Part shown: in pieces, positions 15,101-28,270 of the stretch
Layout of the letters: each line of letters starts with the position of its first letter
Numbering within the stretch: position 1 is the first letter of the stretch
DNA from: Tubiluchus corallicola
Taxonomy: Eukaryota; Animalia; Priapulida
Length of the DNA stretch: 64,000 nucleotides
Assembly: GCA_030141605.1 (NCBI GenBank)
Contig: JAQGDQ010000098.1
Coordinates: 1-64,000, forward strand
Direction: 5' to 3'
Made by a program: the position numbers and the translations under genes
Notes under the pieces: generated by a model
Told to the model about the DNA's origin: nothing
What the model saw: only the letters and a program-made list of their open reading frames with translations
Database searches by the model: none

Positions 15101-18100
15101 GTCTCAATTTCATTGAGCAAGCTCTTTGACCGCAAATATTTGGTATCGTTCTGCTTAAAGTTGATGCCCTGGTGATCGAGCGACTTCAGATAAAATTTTT
15201 CATTTTGCTCTCTCCAGATTTTGTTAAACTGTTTTTGAGCTTCTCTCCACTCCTCCTCCTTCGCTTTTAACCTGCAAATTAAAGATACGATGTGTACACA
15301 AGGTTCTATAGTTACTACTTTGCAAGCTAGACTCTGGCACTCAACTGCAGGACGTACTACTATGGTCGAAACATTGTAGCAGGACAGGAATCTGGCTAAA
15401 TACTAGAATGATCCTCCAACATGCGATATTACACTTCTAGAGGTGTCTTAACCAACTTATGCATATAAGCCTTCCTTAACAATAGAAATAGCTGAAACCA
15501 CCAAGACCATGAAATCAACAAAAGCAGTTTGACGAAAGTTTTCAATCACGTTTTGACAATTCGGCTATATGCCTTAGTCAAGCTACACAAATTTTCTTCC
15601 CTTCCAAGTAATTATAAAATAATAATAATGAAGAGCTTCCAAGTTTTACTTGCAGAAACAGGTAAATAACTATTTTCAGTTCAGGTCAACAATTTGATTA
15701 AAATATCAACGTTTCCTTCCCTTACAGAATCTTTTTCTTTAGAGGGCAAGACACAGTAAAATACTGCTTGCTAAAGAGAAAATTTACCGTCGTAAAACAA
15801 GTGGTACTGCAACGACAGGATTCTTCTTCAACCCATCAATGATGTCGGGTGCCTTGTCTCCATATATCCTGGAACGACATGCATTTTTAGAACTATTCCT
15901 GTCACTTAAACTTGGTAAAGCAGTCCATGCACATATATTAAGAACAATACTGCAACCGCCAATTTGTATTTTGTGTAATGTCCAAAAAATACACTATACT
16001 GTTGCCTGCTCCAAGTTAACTAACATTAAAACAGCTAGACCATTATCTGAAATATTCTCAAAAATTAGACAAGTTTTTGGAGTTCTAAACAGACATTACT
16101 CACTGCCAGAAGAGAAAAAACTTTCTACAGGTGTAAAACAAATTTTGAGGATGTTCCGATAAATTGCTGATCAGTTTTCGCTGACATGTATGAATGTTAG
16201 TTACTGTTGCCAAATACAAGTACAAGGATATTGTAGAACTAAACCAATAAAATTAAAGCTGCCTTCTGCAGTTAAATATTCTCCTGCTGCACCAGATCAA
16301 ATATGGAAGCTGCTACACAACACGATGATGGTGGCATCTCATGCTAATTTCTGAGTTTTAAATGAACTAATCTACAGTTTACTCGTTAGAACGAACTTTT
16401 ATCATCTAAGAAAAATGCAAAAATTATGCTTCATATATTACTGACTCAGCAATGTATTTAAAAATGAAATCTAAAGAGTTACATACCGCTGTATTGCCCT
16501 TCGGTGAATGACCTCAGATGTTCCTCCAAGACAGTTGTCTAAGCGAAACTTAGCAGCATCTTCTGCTGACATGCGTGACACTTTTTTAGCGACAGCTTCC
16601 AGTACACGAATAGTGGATAGGTTTGTTTCTAAGACAACATCCAATTCAAATCGTTCGTCCTCACACCGGTATATGTTTTCTTCAAACATGTTTTTACGAG
16701 AAGTGATAAACTGGGAGTCCTCTGACCATGATGGAAACGACACCCAGGTGTCGTTAAGAACCTGAAAAACACCATTGTGTCTACATATAGATATAAGTCC
16801 CTGTTTTGCTGACTGCAACAGCCATAGATAAAACCTCCAAACTGCAATATTGTATGACTATATAAAATTTAGTAACAGCCTTTGCAAACTTTTAAAATTT
16901 GTTAAACGCTTGCAACTACACAAGAAAAAAACAGCTTAAAATTACAGTCCACTGTCGCAGCCGGCAAACAGGATCATTAGCACTTACCTCTTTACACAAT
17001 GCAGTTCTCCCACTACATTTTGGTTGAACGTAAGTCTTGGGTAGAGCCCTGTAGCTCACGCCATACTTCTTGCAAGAAGAGTAATCTAAACAATGAATAA
17101 CAGAATGCAGTAAGAATACATAAGAAGCATTTTTTAGCAACTCAGATATAGTAAAAGAAATTTTGATTATTACTGATCCAAAAAAGAATTTTCGAAATTC
17201 TTACCTATCTCCATGGCTAGTTCGCCAATCGGCCGTTCACGTTCCTTGTTAGCCACACCAGATGAGATACTGTCTACAAGAGTCCCATTCTCCTTATAAC
17301 CGAGAAAATCTTTAAACCACTTAAATAGCTCCGGAAATTTCCTAACGCATCAAAAAAGAAAAAATAGCAGCCATTAAAATTAATATCGTGAAAAATGTGT
17401 CACAATAAATGGCACACTTTATTGGCGGCCTTGAGTCCAATTGCAAATCACTTAACCTGAAGTACATCAGAAGTCGCAAAATTTTTTTACATTTATGGCT
17501 TTCACTTAGTATAGTACAATATAGTAACCGATTCCACCTATCTCAAGTAATTTATATAACAAAAAAGTGTCAAATACAAAATGCAGTAAAACATCACTTG
17601 CGATGCAGGGAAATCAAAAGCAGTTTGCCTAGCAGTTTGATTAGGTTATTTAGTGACTAGTTTCATTATACCAAGTGGCGCTAATCAGACGTGGCAACGA
17701 ACCATATTGGGAAAATACTTGAATCATGGTACCACCAAATGCCAAGTCTGACCGTTGATGTAACACTCACCCTAGAAATGGGGTAACCAACTGCACAAGC
17801 TCCACACGTGAGACTATCTCCAAGTTGAATAAGGTCAGACATCTGAGGAAATTTTCATAAACTTCCTGGCTGCGTAAGGCTTTCCGCACTTTATCAAAGA
17901 AAGCATACTCGTTCAGTGTGCCGTACTTTCCAGCTTCAGACAGAGAAACATCTTTCAGTGCTCCCAGTTTAGGTTTCTGAAAACAAAAACACAAGCATGA
18001 TTTTAAAAAACAAAAACAGTATTCAATTTTAGACCAAAGCTCATAATAATTTATGGTCTAAAATGCCTGAAAACCAAGTATTGCTTTTCTTCAATACTGG

Positions 18101-21100
18101 TAGCCTAATTTTATTGTTGGTTTTTCAATTTTAAAAACTTATATCTTAAAAAAACAAACTGTATTGTATTTTCATATCATACCTCATTTTGACCCATAGT
18201 GTAAAATGTACATCTTAATGAGCAGAGTAACACAACCCGCTGTTCACAAAAGGCAAAAACGAGTATTCAGTTACGGCACTGCTGCAAATACGAGAGTGCT
18301 GTCATGAAACTGTTATCTTTAATATTGTTAACAACGTTCTGTTTATATAACAGTCCATGCAGCTTAATAAACCCATTTTGGCACTGAAGTGTTCTGACTC
18401 AATTAAGTTACTGAACCTATTAGCCGACAGGACGGGTTATTACTAAAAACGGTGTATGAATCATCACCTTAGTATGCACTGCAAAGGTCACAAGGCCTAG
18501 ATGAATTTTTTAAAACAAATTAATGTCTGAACTCCGAGGTGAAATTACTTCGAATACAATTTCTGTAAAACTAAATTAGTAAAAGAGTAAATAAAAAAGT
18601 ATAAAACCACAAAACAAAAATTTGTTTATTCGCACTAAACACATTTGTTTATTCATAAAGTCCTCACTTAACGACTCTCCATTTAACGACGTTTATGACG
18701 CTGAACATTTGACGCCTTTTCTCACTTAACGAAGCATGTTTCATTATATTGAAGATTTTTTTACTTTGCTCAAAGCCACTTTTTATTTTATCAACAACTT
18801 TTTACCTATTTTTGAAACACTAAAACAGTACGTATTGTGTCATCCTGCTCTAAAAGTGCACTAGTAACATAAAACAGTACAATTATTATTTATGTTTTTA
18901 CTTCCTGAGTGACTGCTAAATGTTAAAGCTGGTTGTACCTAGGAGCATTTATTTGCGATTTATACGCATACAGGTACCAGGGTGCAAACTATATGGAAAT
19001 GAATTTTACCTGCAACCTGTTGCTATAGCAACTGGTATTTAAACGAAATTGTCCCAAGGTCGCCCCAGGGCTTTGCTTTTACTATGCAGTGTTTTATCGC
19101 TAACTGCCTAAGGCTTCAAAGTTAACAAAAGAGAAACCTCTAGTTAGTTACTAATAAGGAAGCTAGGTGTTTCAACCAAGCAGAAAAAAAATTAATCAGT
19201 AAAATATGTACAAAACTCATAAACCGTTAAATTTATATGAATTAAGAGCATTTTTCTATGAAGAAATTAATTAAGAATGTTTTCATATTAATAAAAATGA
19301 TCACATTCTTTGTTCAAGTAGCAGATCATCTAAAGTGGTAAAAGTTCTATGGTTACACATAAATACTTTACTTAAGTATATGAAGCAAAACCATTGAGTC
19401 AGTTACGTGACGTTTCTTGAGTCAATTGCCGAAGGTTTTCATATACATGTGAATATTAAACTCTTTGAGTTAATTAGGCAACTGATTCTATTAGCCATGA
19501 ATCTAATAAACGGCGTCCACTGTAATAATGGAGAGAACTATGCTGTAGTGTTTTTTGCTAAAATGAGAAAACTTCCGCAAATAACAGCTAATGGCACAAT
19601 ACATAGTTTTCTTCTAGCAGTTGATGAGTAATCTGGGTTGCAAACAAAACAAAAACATTGGTAGTATGACACAAAAACTCTGCACATTTCTCGGTTTCAA
19701 ATTTTAAGTTCATCACTGGGCTAACGTGTGAGTTTATACCCTAACATAACGGGCATAATGGGTCAATTCCAATGGCTAGGTTGCGTTCTGCAGCACAAGT
19801 TATTATTAAGAAGCAGACCTTGTTGCCAATCTAAGTATGAATTACAGAAAGCATACAACAATTGAAGACTGACAAAAAGCTTTTCAAATATTTTTTGTAC
19901 TTTATCCAAAAACGACAACATTTGCCATTCAGGCACATTAGATCATAGATCATTCTGAGCTGTGGTCTGAAATTAAACTTCCTTTCCTTTAAAGCACGAG
20001 CTGGTCTGTTGAAGGCATATGAAAAACTAAACAGCCACAATTCTTTCAATGTTGCATTCTATCATGCAAAATGTTAAACTTACTTTAGGAGGTGTAGTTG
20101 AAGCACTAGCAGGCCGGCGTAAATGACTTGTACTTTTGTTCTTAAGTCCTGCATTGTTTAGCAATGGCTTCTTCACTGCTGTATGATCATTGCGAAGCCC
20201 AATATTTTTGTTTGGTGGCAGAGTTCCAAACTAAAAAAAGACATGATTTCATGACATCAATAATAATTTCACATTTTTTCAAGATACCTAGTTACAAATG
20301 GAAATACATGTAACTTGTTCGATCACAAAACAATTTTAAATAGATGATATAAAATCGATTATTTCTTCATAATAATGTGCTAACATTACAAGCTTGCCAT
20401 ATAGTCATTTGTATTATTGATTTTTATATCGAACGTACTATCCAAAAAAAGACACAATCCAGAAAGTTACATCTAGTATAACTCATAGATCCATTCCAAT
20501 ACAACAACAGTACTTTGCTTCGCAACACTGAAATTTACAGTAAAACCAAATGGGGAGAAATGAAATATGAAAGTGCTCTCGTGAGACTTGCCACTTTTAA
20601 TATTGTTAATAATTTTCTATTCACGCTATTAATGGAGGCAAACTGTTACTACGTGGTAGTATTTTTGCCAAAATGAAAAGGCTTCTACAAATAACAGGTA
20701 ATATCACAATAATTAGTTTTTTCAAGCATTTTATGTAGAATTTGGACTGCAAACAAAACAAAAACACAGACATGCAAATTTCCAAAAGCCGATATTGCTG
20801 AAATTTTCATGAATGAATGTATTTTTGCACTGTCCTACAGGTAACAATTAATGTTATGCAAATCCTTAATAAAGTGTACTTAATGACCAACCTAACTTTG
20901 AGAGACTTTAAAGTTAGCCCTGTATGACAGTGCTTTAAAAACAAATGAATTTATTATGTAAGTTTTTTACATACGTAATTTTTATGAAAACATACCAATC
21001 CAGTTGATGACCCATTTGCATCAGGCAGAAACTGGCCAAACTCCTGCAGTAAATCTTCCTGATTTTGAAACAATTTGGCCACTTGCTGGTAGACTTCTTG

Positions 21101-24100
21101 TTCTGTCAATGGCTGATAGCCGATATTGGTCAAACCCTATATAAGCCACATAAACATTTATCACTAAACGAAACCGCTTGGTTTTTCCTATAATTTGAAT
21201 TATACTTCTCTCTGATATAAAATACATTACTTCATACATTTACCTCTTTAAGATTCCTCTGTTCTTTCTGATAGGTGTGTAGAATTTCTAGGAATGCCTT
21301 ATAGACATCCGGCTGACCTTGAAAACGATTCTGCAAATAAAACGTTTTCGTGTTTATGAAAACCAACATAGCTGATATCAGTCATATCATAGATCAGTAA
21401 CTGCACCCCATAAGCAATGTTCTATCATGTCAAGTTTACAAAACTAATAAACTAACAATGTATCACTAAATAATTATCATATTCCCATGACAAGTTTGTC
21501 CTACGCACTAAGAAATTGAAAAAAAACGAAAATAACAGAGTTTTATAGCAACCCTTATTTAAAATAATAATTAATAAATAAGAATTATATACTAAGGTAT
21601 TTAATAATAGATACCTTTATTTTATTGACATAGTTAATTGCATGATTGAATTCGACAGGCTGACTGCCGATCGGCACCGGACCGCTAGAATGAAGTGACG
21701 GCTGTGGCTCAGGTGCACGATATGAGGGCTGGGAATTCATGCCATGAGCAGAGCCACCTGGTGGTTGACCAGATAATGACTGCTGTCCAGGTTGAAGCAA
21801 CAAATAGGCCGCATTCGTCACATCTGCATCACCACTCTGAAAATTGATACAGTTAGAAAAAATGTGTACTCGGATGCCTCAAGTCACTATGCTGACGTAA
21901 TAATCCTGAAACAAGGGGCCTCTTTTGTTTTACCCTCATTTCTTTCTAAAAACAACAGAACTGTCTTTCTTTAAAGAATTTCTAACTCTCCTTAATTTTG
22001 ATAGCAATTATCAAAAGATCTAGGTGACAGTAAAGCTGAAACCAATAATAATGAAACAAATTACATAATAATAAGGAAAAGACGACAGAAACGAAAACAA
22101 GAAAAAGGAGAAAGCAAAAAAGTAAAGACATGTTCAGGCATAAATGAACAGGTTTTTTCCCACTTTCTTTCAATCATCATCATCATCATATTAGCAAATG
22201 CCTATTATGTCTGATGTAAACAATCAGCAGGCAGAATTCTAAAATAAAAGCAGTCTGCCCTCAAGACAGGTAAACACAGCAGTAATCCGGCAAAAAACTA
22301 GACACTGCAATGCCTGTGGCTTGTCAGTACCACTTCCACACTATCATCATCATTGTCATTAATTCTTTGCATATTGTTATTCTAACTTAGGTTTCTTCTC
22401 TATTCTCACTCTTTTCTGCCCTCTATTCTATACCTCGCACTTGCATGCTAGCCCATGCAAGCAATCTTTTCATGGTGATCAATCATTCAAATTTTGAGTA
22501 CAATATTCAATACAATCAAATTGCTCTCATTTAGGTCACTTGGCAATGCTAAATCACAAAATTACAAAAAGTCCAAATGTAAAACCATATTTAACCAATA
22601 TTAAATTTTCTGTAAATTAAGATGTGTGTAACAATAGTTATTTAGATAATTCATTCAACTGACCCAGTTAAATGACGATTCAAAATGAAAACTCACCTTA
22701 GCTCCTTGACCCGAGGAGTTGCCAATGGGCGCAAGACCTGTACTCAAGCATTGCATAGGTTGCCCTGGGGTGCTTACGTTAATCTGTGTAGGATCATTAG
22801 CTTGAACTTCAATCTTATATCCTGGAGGCAGAAATGTGTTGAATCCCACAATGAGGTCAGGATGACCTTTAAACAAATTCGAAACCCTCTGAATGACACC
22901 AGGTGTATCAATCCTGTAAAAAACAAAAAATGAACAATGTTCAGGTTAGCCTTTAATTGCTAATTTGTGAAAAAGCAATACCAAATTGTTTTTAAAAAAT
23001 CACAAAAAAAATTGCAAAAAATTCCTACTTTACAATCAACAAGTAGATTAAACATGTTCATCTAAATTCATCAGCATGCTTAAGATAGAAAATATAGAGA
23101 TGAACAGAAATTGTTAAATGGCCTGTTGATGGCACAGATGACTCCTGGTTATTTTAATTTTATTGTGTTCTTAACTTTATTTTAAATATAATTTATTTTG
23201 TTGAAATGGCTTGTCCACACAAAGTTTAAATGTTAGTTCAATATTTTTGTTACTTCCAGAAAGACGACTGACCGAGAATTAAAATACGTAAAAAAAACAA
23301 AGATGTGACTAATGTAGCCTAACTGCAGTTATTTTTGATTCACTCAGAAACTTCAAGTTCTGTTTATTACTTTTTGCTACTATTTTTTACTATTGAATCA
23401 AATTAATAATAATTACTGGTAGTTGTGCTTATCACAATTTTATACCCGTTAAGTTGCAAAACAAGACAGCTGCCATAAAAAAGATGCTTACGTTTGCGAT
23501 TTGAATTCTTTCATGATATCAAGGAAATCATTGTACACCTGCGGTTGATTGCCAAATTGAAGTTTAACTTGATCCAAGTACGAAAGCGCATCTTCTACCT
23601 TCAAACGTTGAAATGTTTGTGGCCCACCTTGCATAGCTGATGGATGAGGCTAAATAAAAAAAAAGTGGAAATTGACTTCTTTGTAAAACAATAAATTAAT
23701 CCAACAGCACACACCGCAATCAATAGAATTTTTTATAACCATAGATTCTACTTAATTCTCAATGGTCATTATGTTCGTTTGCATTAATTAGTAAAGGTGC
23801 GCAGAATGGAAGTTTTTGATGTGAAGGTGAGAATGTTATGGCATATAACTATATATGTAATGGTTTAACCGTGACTGCTATTAGCAGAGATAGCCAAAGT
23901 TTTAAAAAACAGCAACTTAGCGACTGCACTAGTCAATTAATTACTCAGACCCCGCGCTGCCTAACTTAACTTTGGTCCACTCAACTTTTCTTCTCACCTA
24001 GATACGCACTGCCTCAAAAGTATCACTTTTTTATTTTGCAATATCGGTAAACATTCTGAGCGCAACGTCATTCTGAACGCAAAGTTTAAACTAAGCTAAA

Positions 24101-25096
24101 ACCAGATTTTCGCTAAAGATAAGTACAGCAATGGTATAACAGTAGTTTATACTTATTGTAATGAGTAAAATAATAACAAATCTTTGTTGTAAACAGGATG
24201 AATGATCACCATGTAATTACCAATACCCCCCCCCCCCCAAAAAAAAGAAACACATGCACAGCACAATGAATAAACAGGCCCATATAGAAAAATTGCTACG
24301 AAAAAGTACGAATTCTTTTGGTTTCAGCAAAGAAAACACAAGTGACAACAATTTCTACTATTGCCAACAGTATACAATGTTACAAATGTTCATTTAAATT
24401 GCCTGGAACATTTAAATATGTTCTAAAAACTCCCACAAGTGACCATGGCATAAAGTTATCACACAGTGTGAATCTCACGCTTCCGACAATAAACAAACTC
24501 AAAATGCAAAAATTGACTTACCGAAGGAGAAAAATGGACATTGGTGTGATTTTGCGACTGTGAACCCGCATGCGGGTGATGTGATGGTCGATAAACGGTT
24601 GCAGGGCCGTGATTTCCCTGACCTGGAACGCTGCAAAGCACAAAAAATGAAATCATGTGACTTAGGAAATGAAGGTGTAACTTATCTATGAAATTCAAAT
24701 TACATTAGTATTTATTAATTTGTTATTTAGTAGGTACAAAAATGAATATATACATTTAAAACATGAGTGAATGTGAACAGTTGAAATAAAAATTAATTAT
24801 ATTAAGTATTAGCATGTCAATGGCAACTACAGACAGATATTCTACAATTTTACGTTAAGTGTGTATACTTGTGCAAATAGTTACTATATTACTGCACTTG
24901 AAACTTACGGATAGTTCCCAAAAGAAAGACTACTCGCCATCTTGGCTGCATCAGAATACAGAGTGCTCTGCTGAGGGGAAGGCGGTGGTACCATTCTCGG
25001 CGGTACTGTAGTTACGGGTGTATCATTTTGCAATGGCAATGGACCTTGCTGTCCTGCCTGCGATGTAGACGACTGCTGCTGATATCCTACAAGAGT
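6195..25096 (-). CDS. SIN3A: Paired amphipathic helix corepressor Sin3 (SIN3A/B co-orthologue); exons 25096-24909, 24630-24522, 23649-23492, 22913-22697, 21836-21615, 21330-21244, 21136-20996, 20230-20084, 17976-17771, 17341-17205, 17085-16988, 16761-16487, 15868-15788, 15271-15088, 14853-14724, 11994-11881, 11121-10928, 10161-9978, 9535-9366, 8767-8585, 8054-7879, 7143-6837, 6449-6195
   Basis: PAH1 [40 protein letters not shown]...[25 protein letters not shown]; PAH2 [40 protein letters not shown]; PAH3 [23 protein letters not shown]; HDAC-interaction domain [26 protein letters not shown]...[11 protein letters not shown]; Sin3 C-terminal [14 protein letters not shown] and KPVFLPRN. All phases checked. 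The first in-frame ATG seen is at 24994; the true start is uncertain. Confidence 0.97.
6457..7432 (-). repeat. Inverted duplication, arm 2 (native SIN3A sequence; partner 1-976)
   Basis: Reverse complement of 1-976 with 5 mismatches. Perfect identity stops 5 nt before the acceptor AG (6451-6450) of the last SIN3A exon. Confidence 0.98.
12800..14375 (+). mobile_element. Decayed non-LTR retrotransposon (RTE-X-like reverse transcriptase remnant) in a SIN3A intron
   Basis: Broken frames give [38 protein letters not shown] and FIDASKGF (RT-domain motifs), followed by an AATAAA/A-rich tail near 14345-14375. Many stops and frameshifts. Confidence 0.8.
18658..18740. mobile_element. Tigger/pogo-like (Tc1-mariner) terminal fragment
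   Basis: agtcctcacttaacgac with internal ttaacga repeats resembles Tigger-type TIRs; the partner end was not found. Confidence 0.45.
19527..20766. repeat. Diverged ~130-bp direct repeat pair (19527-19656 and 20631-20766) flanking SIN3A exon 20230-20084
   Basis: Shared blocks aatggag, tttttgc-aaaatga-aa, caaataacag-taat, cacaata, tagtttt and tgcaaacaaaacaaaaaca, in the same order. Confidence 0.75.
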
Positions 25097-27364
25097 CTAG
25101 AAGCAAGAAAAAAACATGTGAGCTAACTTTGACATCAATTCAAACAACACGTACACTTAAAAATAGCTTAAAATATGCAAGCTGAATGTACATTTCAATC
25201 TGTCTCTGACTTTACCAAGTACTACAAGAATAACAATACTGACAATACTTGAATCTTTTCAATTTAACACCACTTAGAATGGCAAACATTCTACGTGACA
25301 AATTACCTTACTTTGAATTACTGCGCATAACTGAACTATTTCTGCTTGACTGAAAAAACGGGTTTGTCTGGGTACAAACGTATCATATTCCACAATAAGC
25401 CACAGAGCAGAACTTCCCCATAATAAAATCATTGGAAATTTTTTTACAAGTAATGCAAATGATTACTACCTGTAAGCCCATGTATTCCATGTATTAAAAA
25501 TTTAGTAATTTGATGTTGCACAGAGCACAAAATTATACAAAATGGTGTCCTACACATACACATGTCACTTTAACACATACTTAATGTCATGAATTGGTAG
25601 AAAAAAGTCCTACAATAAAAAGTTACAGTCAGACTAATACGTTTACATTAAGTAGCTAAGCAATTACAAATACTTTTGTTGATAGCAGTGATTTGAGAGA
25701 ACAATAATTTCATACTTTTTTTAATAGGGAGAATGATAACCAATGCATATGATTTATAAATAAAATACAAGCAATGTGCTAGATAAAAATTCTTACTATA
25801 AGAAACCATAACAATTACTAACCTCTTGATTATCAAACTGTCGCTTCATTAGATATTTTTACAGCATCAGGTCCACTTGGAACCAACTTCCCAATAAATA
25901 AGTTTCCAATAATCCCAAGCACTGTTTGACCAAAATAGTGCTTTCCCACTAAAAATGCAATATTCGATTTTATAAAGTATTAAACATTTTAAACTTGGAA
26001 CTTTGCCAAAACTAAAAGAAATGAACAATCTCTAAAATTTAAGACTTTGTTGATATTCAACACTTAAGTCACGTAAGCCGGTAATAATTAGTTTTTAGCT
26101 TTAATCTCCAATGGCTAAAAATATTTAAATTTTCGGGAGCAATATAATTTTTATTCATGCTTGAATGCTTAATTAAATAAAAAGCAAGCTTCTTATGAAC
26201 AGCTTGGAAACGTCTTTAAAGATTATTCATTTAACAATGTGCAGCAAGTGAGATATTCTCAACAGTGTTAGTGAATGGTTAAAATCACTATTAGAGTTAC
26301 ACACATTACTGTTTTTAAAAAAAAACACAATAGTTTAAAGCTATTTTTGCAATTCAAGACTTACAATGCCATTTTAGAATTATATAACATACTATACTAA
26401 TTCTGAAAAACCGCTAAGAAAATTGTGATACAAAATTCTTGTTAATAAACATAGCTTAAATTACTTGTTGATGCTTTACAAATGCAGAATGTATTTTTGG
26501 CAAGCTAGTCCTAAGATATAACGAAGTGACAAATACTGTAGATGTTTACTTTTAGCTCAAACTTTCAAATCGAAATTTCATGTTAATAATAACCCCATAT
26601 AATCAAACTTTCCTACAATAAAAATGCATTATCCCAAAAGTTGTTTTTATCTTAAAGCACATTTACTGTTTTTTCAAACAGTATCTACAGTATCGTTGGT
26701 TGATGAAATCATCATATGTTAGTCAACATGGCGTCTACATTACGACCTGCTCGCCGATCAAACCAAAAATGGAATCGCCCAGCTGAACACGGAGAAAAGA
26801 TGGGCACCCGTTTTTTCTAAGTTTAGTTTATTACAAGCTAACCAAGTAAGGTTCAATTAAAGAAACAAGGACCCACGTCAAAATAAAATTATAAAGATAG
26901 CTAATTATCGAATAATTACGCGACTTCACGACAACCAATTGCGCAAAAAATACCACACCCCTCCCCTCAAAAATGAAGGTAGAGGCACCTTACATCAACA
27001 ATTTTCGACACAATAACGCTGCAGTTTCGAAGCAAATACGAAAAAATTAGCAGTTTGGATTAAAAATAAACCTTTTGGCAATGTTCTTAAAGATATTTGA
27101 CAACAGTTTCATTTGTATGGCTAAAAAGTTCCGGGCCAGAATGGTATAATTTTATTACTTTCCAAGCACAAACTTGCGACATCACGTCGTAATCGACGAC
27201 AAATACTGTTCACCCCTACAACGACGAAAACACTTGATTTAAATTTTAACAAACTTCGGCAACTTTATTTATATAATATCAAATGTAAGAGCTCCATAGA
27301 ACCAATTAAAAGATTTTCTCACTTAGTAGGTATAGAACCAAGTAAAGCAAAAACCATTACTTAC

Positions 27365-27850
27365 CAAGTCCACAAAAGTCTTCAAGATATGTCGGTTTTA
27401 AAACAGTTCTCTTGCAAAAATGAACTCACTTAAAACTAGTGAAATACATTCATATATAAATGTTAAAATTTCACTATAATCCATCTCGTATGACAAGAAA
27501 AAATATGAATTATCTGGCTGCGAATTTACGACCTCAACATTTCGAGAATATTGGCGCCCTGGAGACACCGACAATGCAGACAATGTTTAAATAGTAATAA
27601 TCTGCGATTTCGTGCACTACAGTCTAATCATACACAAGTAAAGAGACAGCGTAACACACGCGGTTCACAAAAAACAATTTTTAATGTCAAAAATGAAAAT
27701 GATGAACAAGATTTACGTGGATTCATTCGCCAAAGCAAACCCTCTCCCCTATTTTTCGCTGACAACATCAGTAGGTTTTGACGTCACGCCTATATCAAAA
27801 TTGACCAATCAAAATTTTCGAGAACGCTTCTAAAATTTCGCGGGAGACCG
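27365..27850 (-). promoter_or_regulatory. Putative SIN3A promoter and non-coding first exon
   Basis: CpG-enriched; CRE palindrome TGACGTCA at 27779-27786, CCAAT at 27805, E2F-like TTTCGCGGGA at 27836-27845; strong minus-strand donor G|GTAAGT at 27365/27364. TSS not determinable from sequence. Confidence 0.55.
27496..27639. repeat. 144-bp direct repeat, copy A (SIN3A 5' region)
   Basis: Matches 29615-29758 (offset 2119) with 3 mismatches and no indels. Confidence 0.97.
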
Positions 27851-28141
27851 CCTATTTCTTCATGGTGCTGACATCTTCTTACGCCAAAAAAAACTAAAAG
27901 CCAATTTGCTGTACTATTTTTTAATATTTTCTTACTAACCTCAGGCCAGAAGTAAAGTGATCCATAAGCTGCTAGGCAGCATAATTATGTGTTCAATCCG
28001 TATGCTAACCTAAAAGCTTGCTATCACTATTACTTCATAATCAAAAACAATAATTATGGTATACAGGCACCTGGTTTAGTGTTCCTTGAGCACATGATTC
28101 AGCTATAGGATTCACTGATCACCTCCCACTTCCCTTCAAAC

Positions 28142-28270
28142 CAGGGATATTTACTAATTAGCATATTTACTAATAGGCTAACTAGACTGTAGCTTAGGGT
28201 GCCAAATTTTGAAAACCCAGATTTTAAGGGCTCAATGTTAAAAAAATTTTATTCTCGAAAAATGTATTTC
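28142..28270 (+). mobile_element. hAT-like MITE terminal fragment; related copy at 61596-61700
   Basis: Both copies start CAGGG and share aataggctaacta...tagc(t/c)tagggtgccaaa...aaaaaatttt...ttctcg(a/g)aaaatgt. Superfamily assignment is from recall. Confidence 0.55.

Noticed and set aside
15344-15380. Hammerhead-ribozyme-like ctgcagga...ggtcgaaacattg
   Set aside because: The CUGANGA core is not intact and I could not build the three stems.
21600-21615. Possible minor (U12) intron donor GTATCT
   Set aside because: It does not match GTATCCTT; all reconstructed introns are consistent with major-class GT-AG.
25311-25349. Possible small upstream SIN3A exon containing an ATG (MRSNSK)
   Set aside because: Splice sites are plausible, but the ATG frame hits a stop with either acceptor of the next exon; cannot be supported without transcripts.
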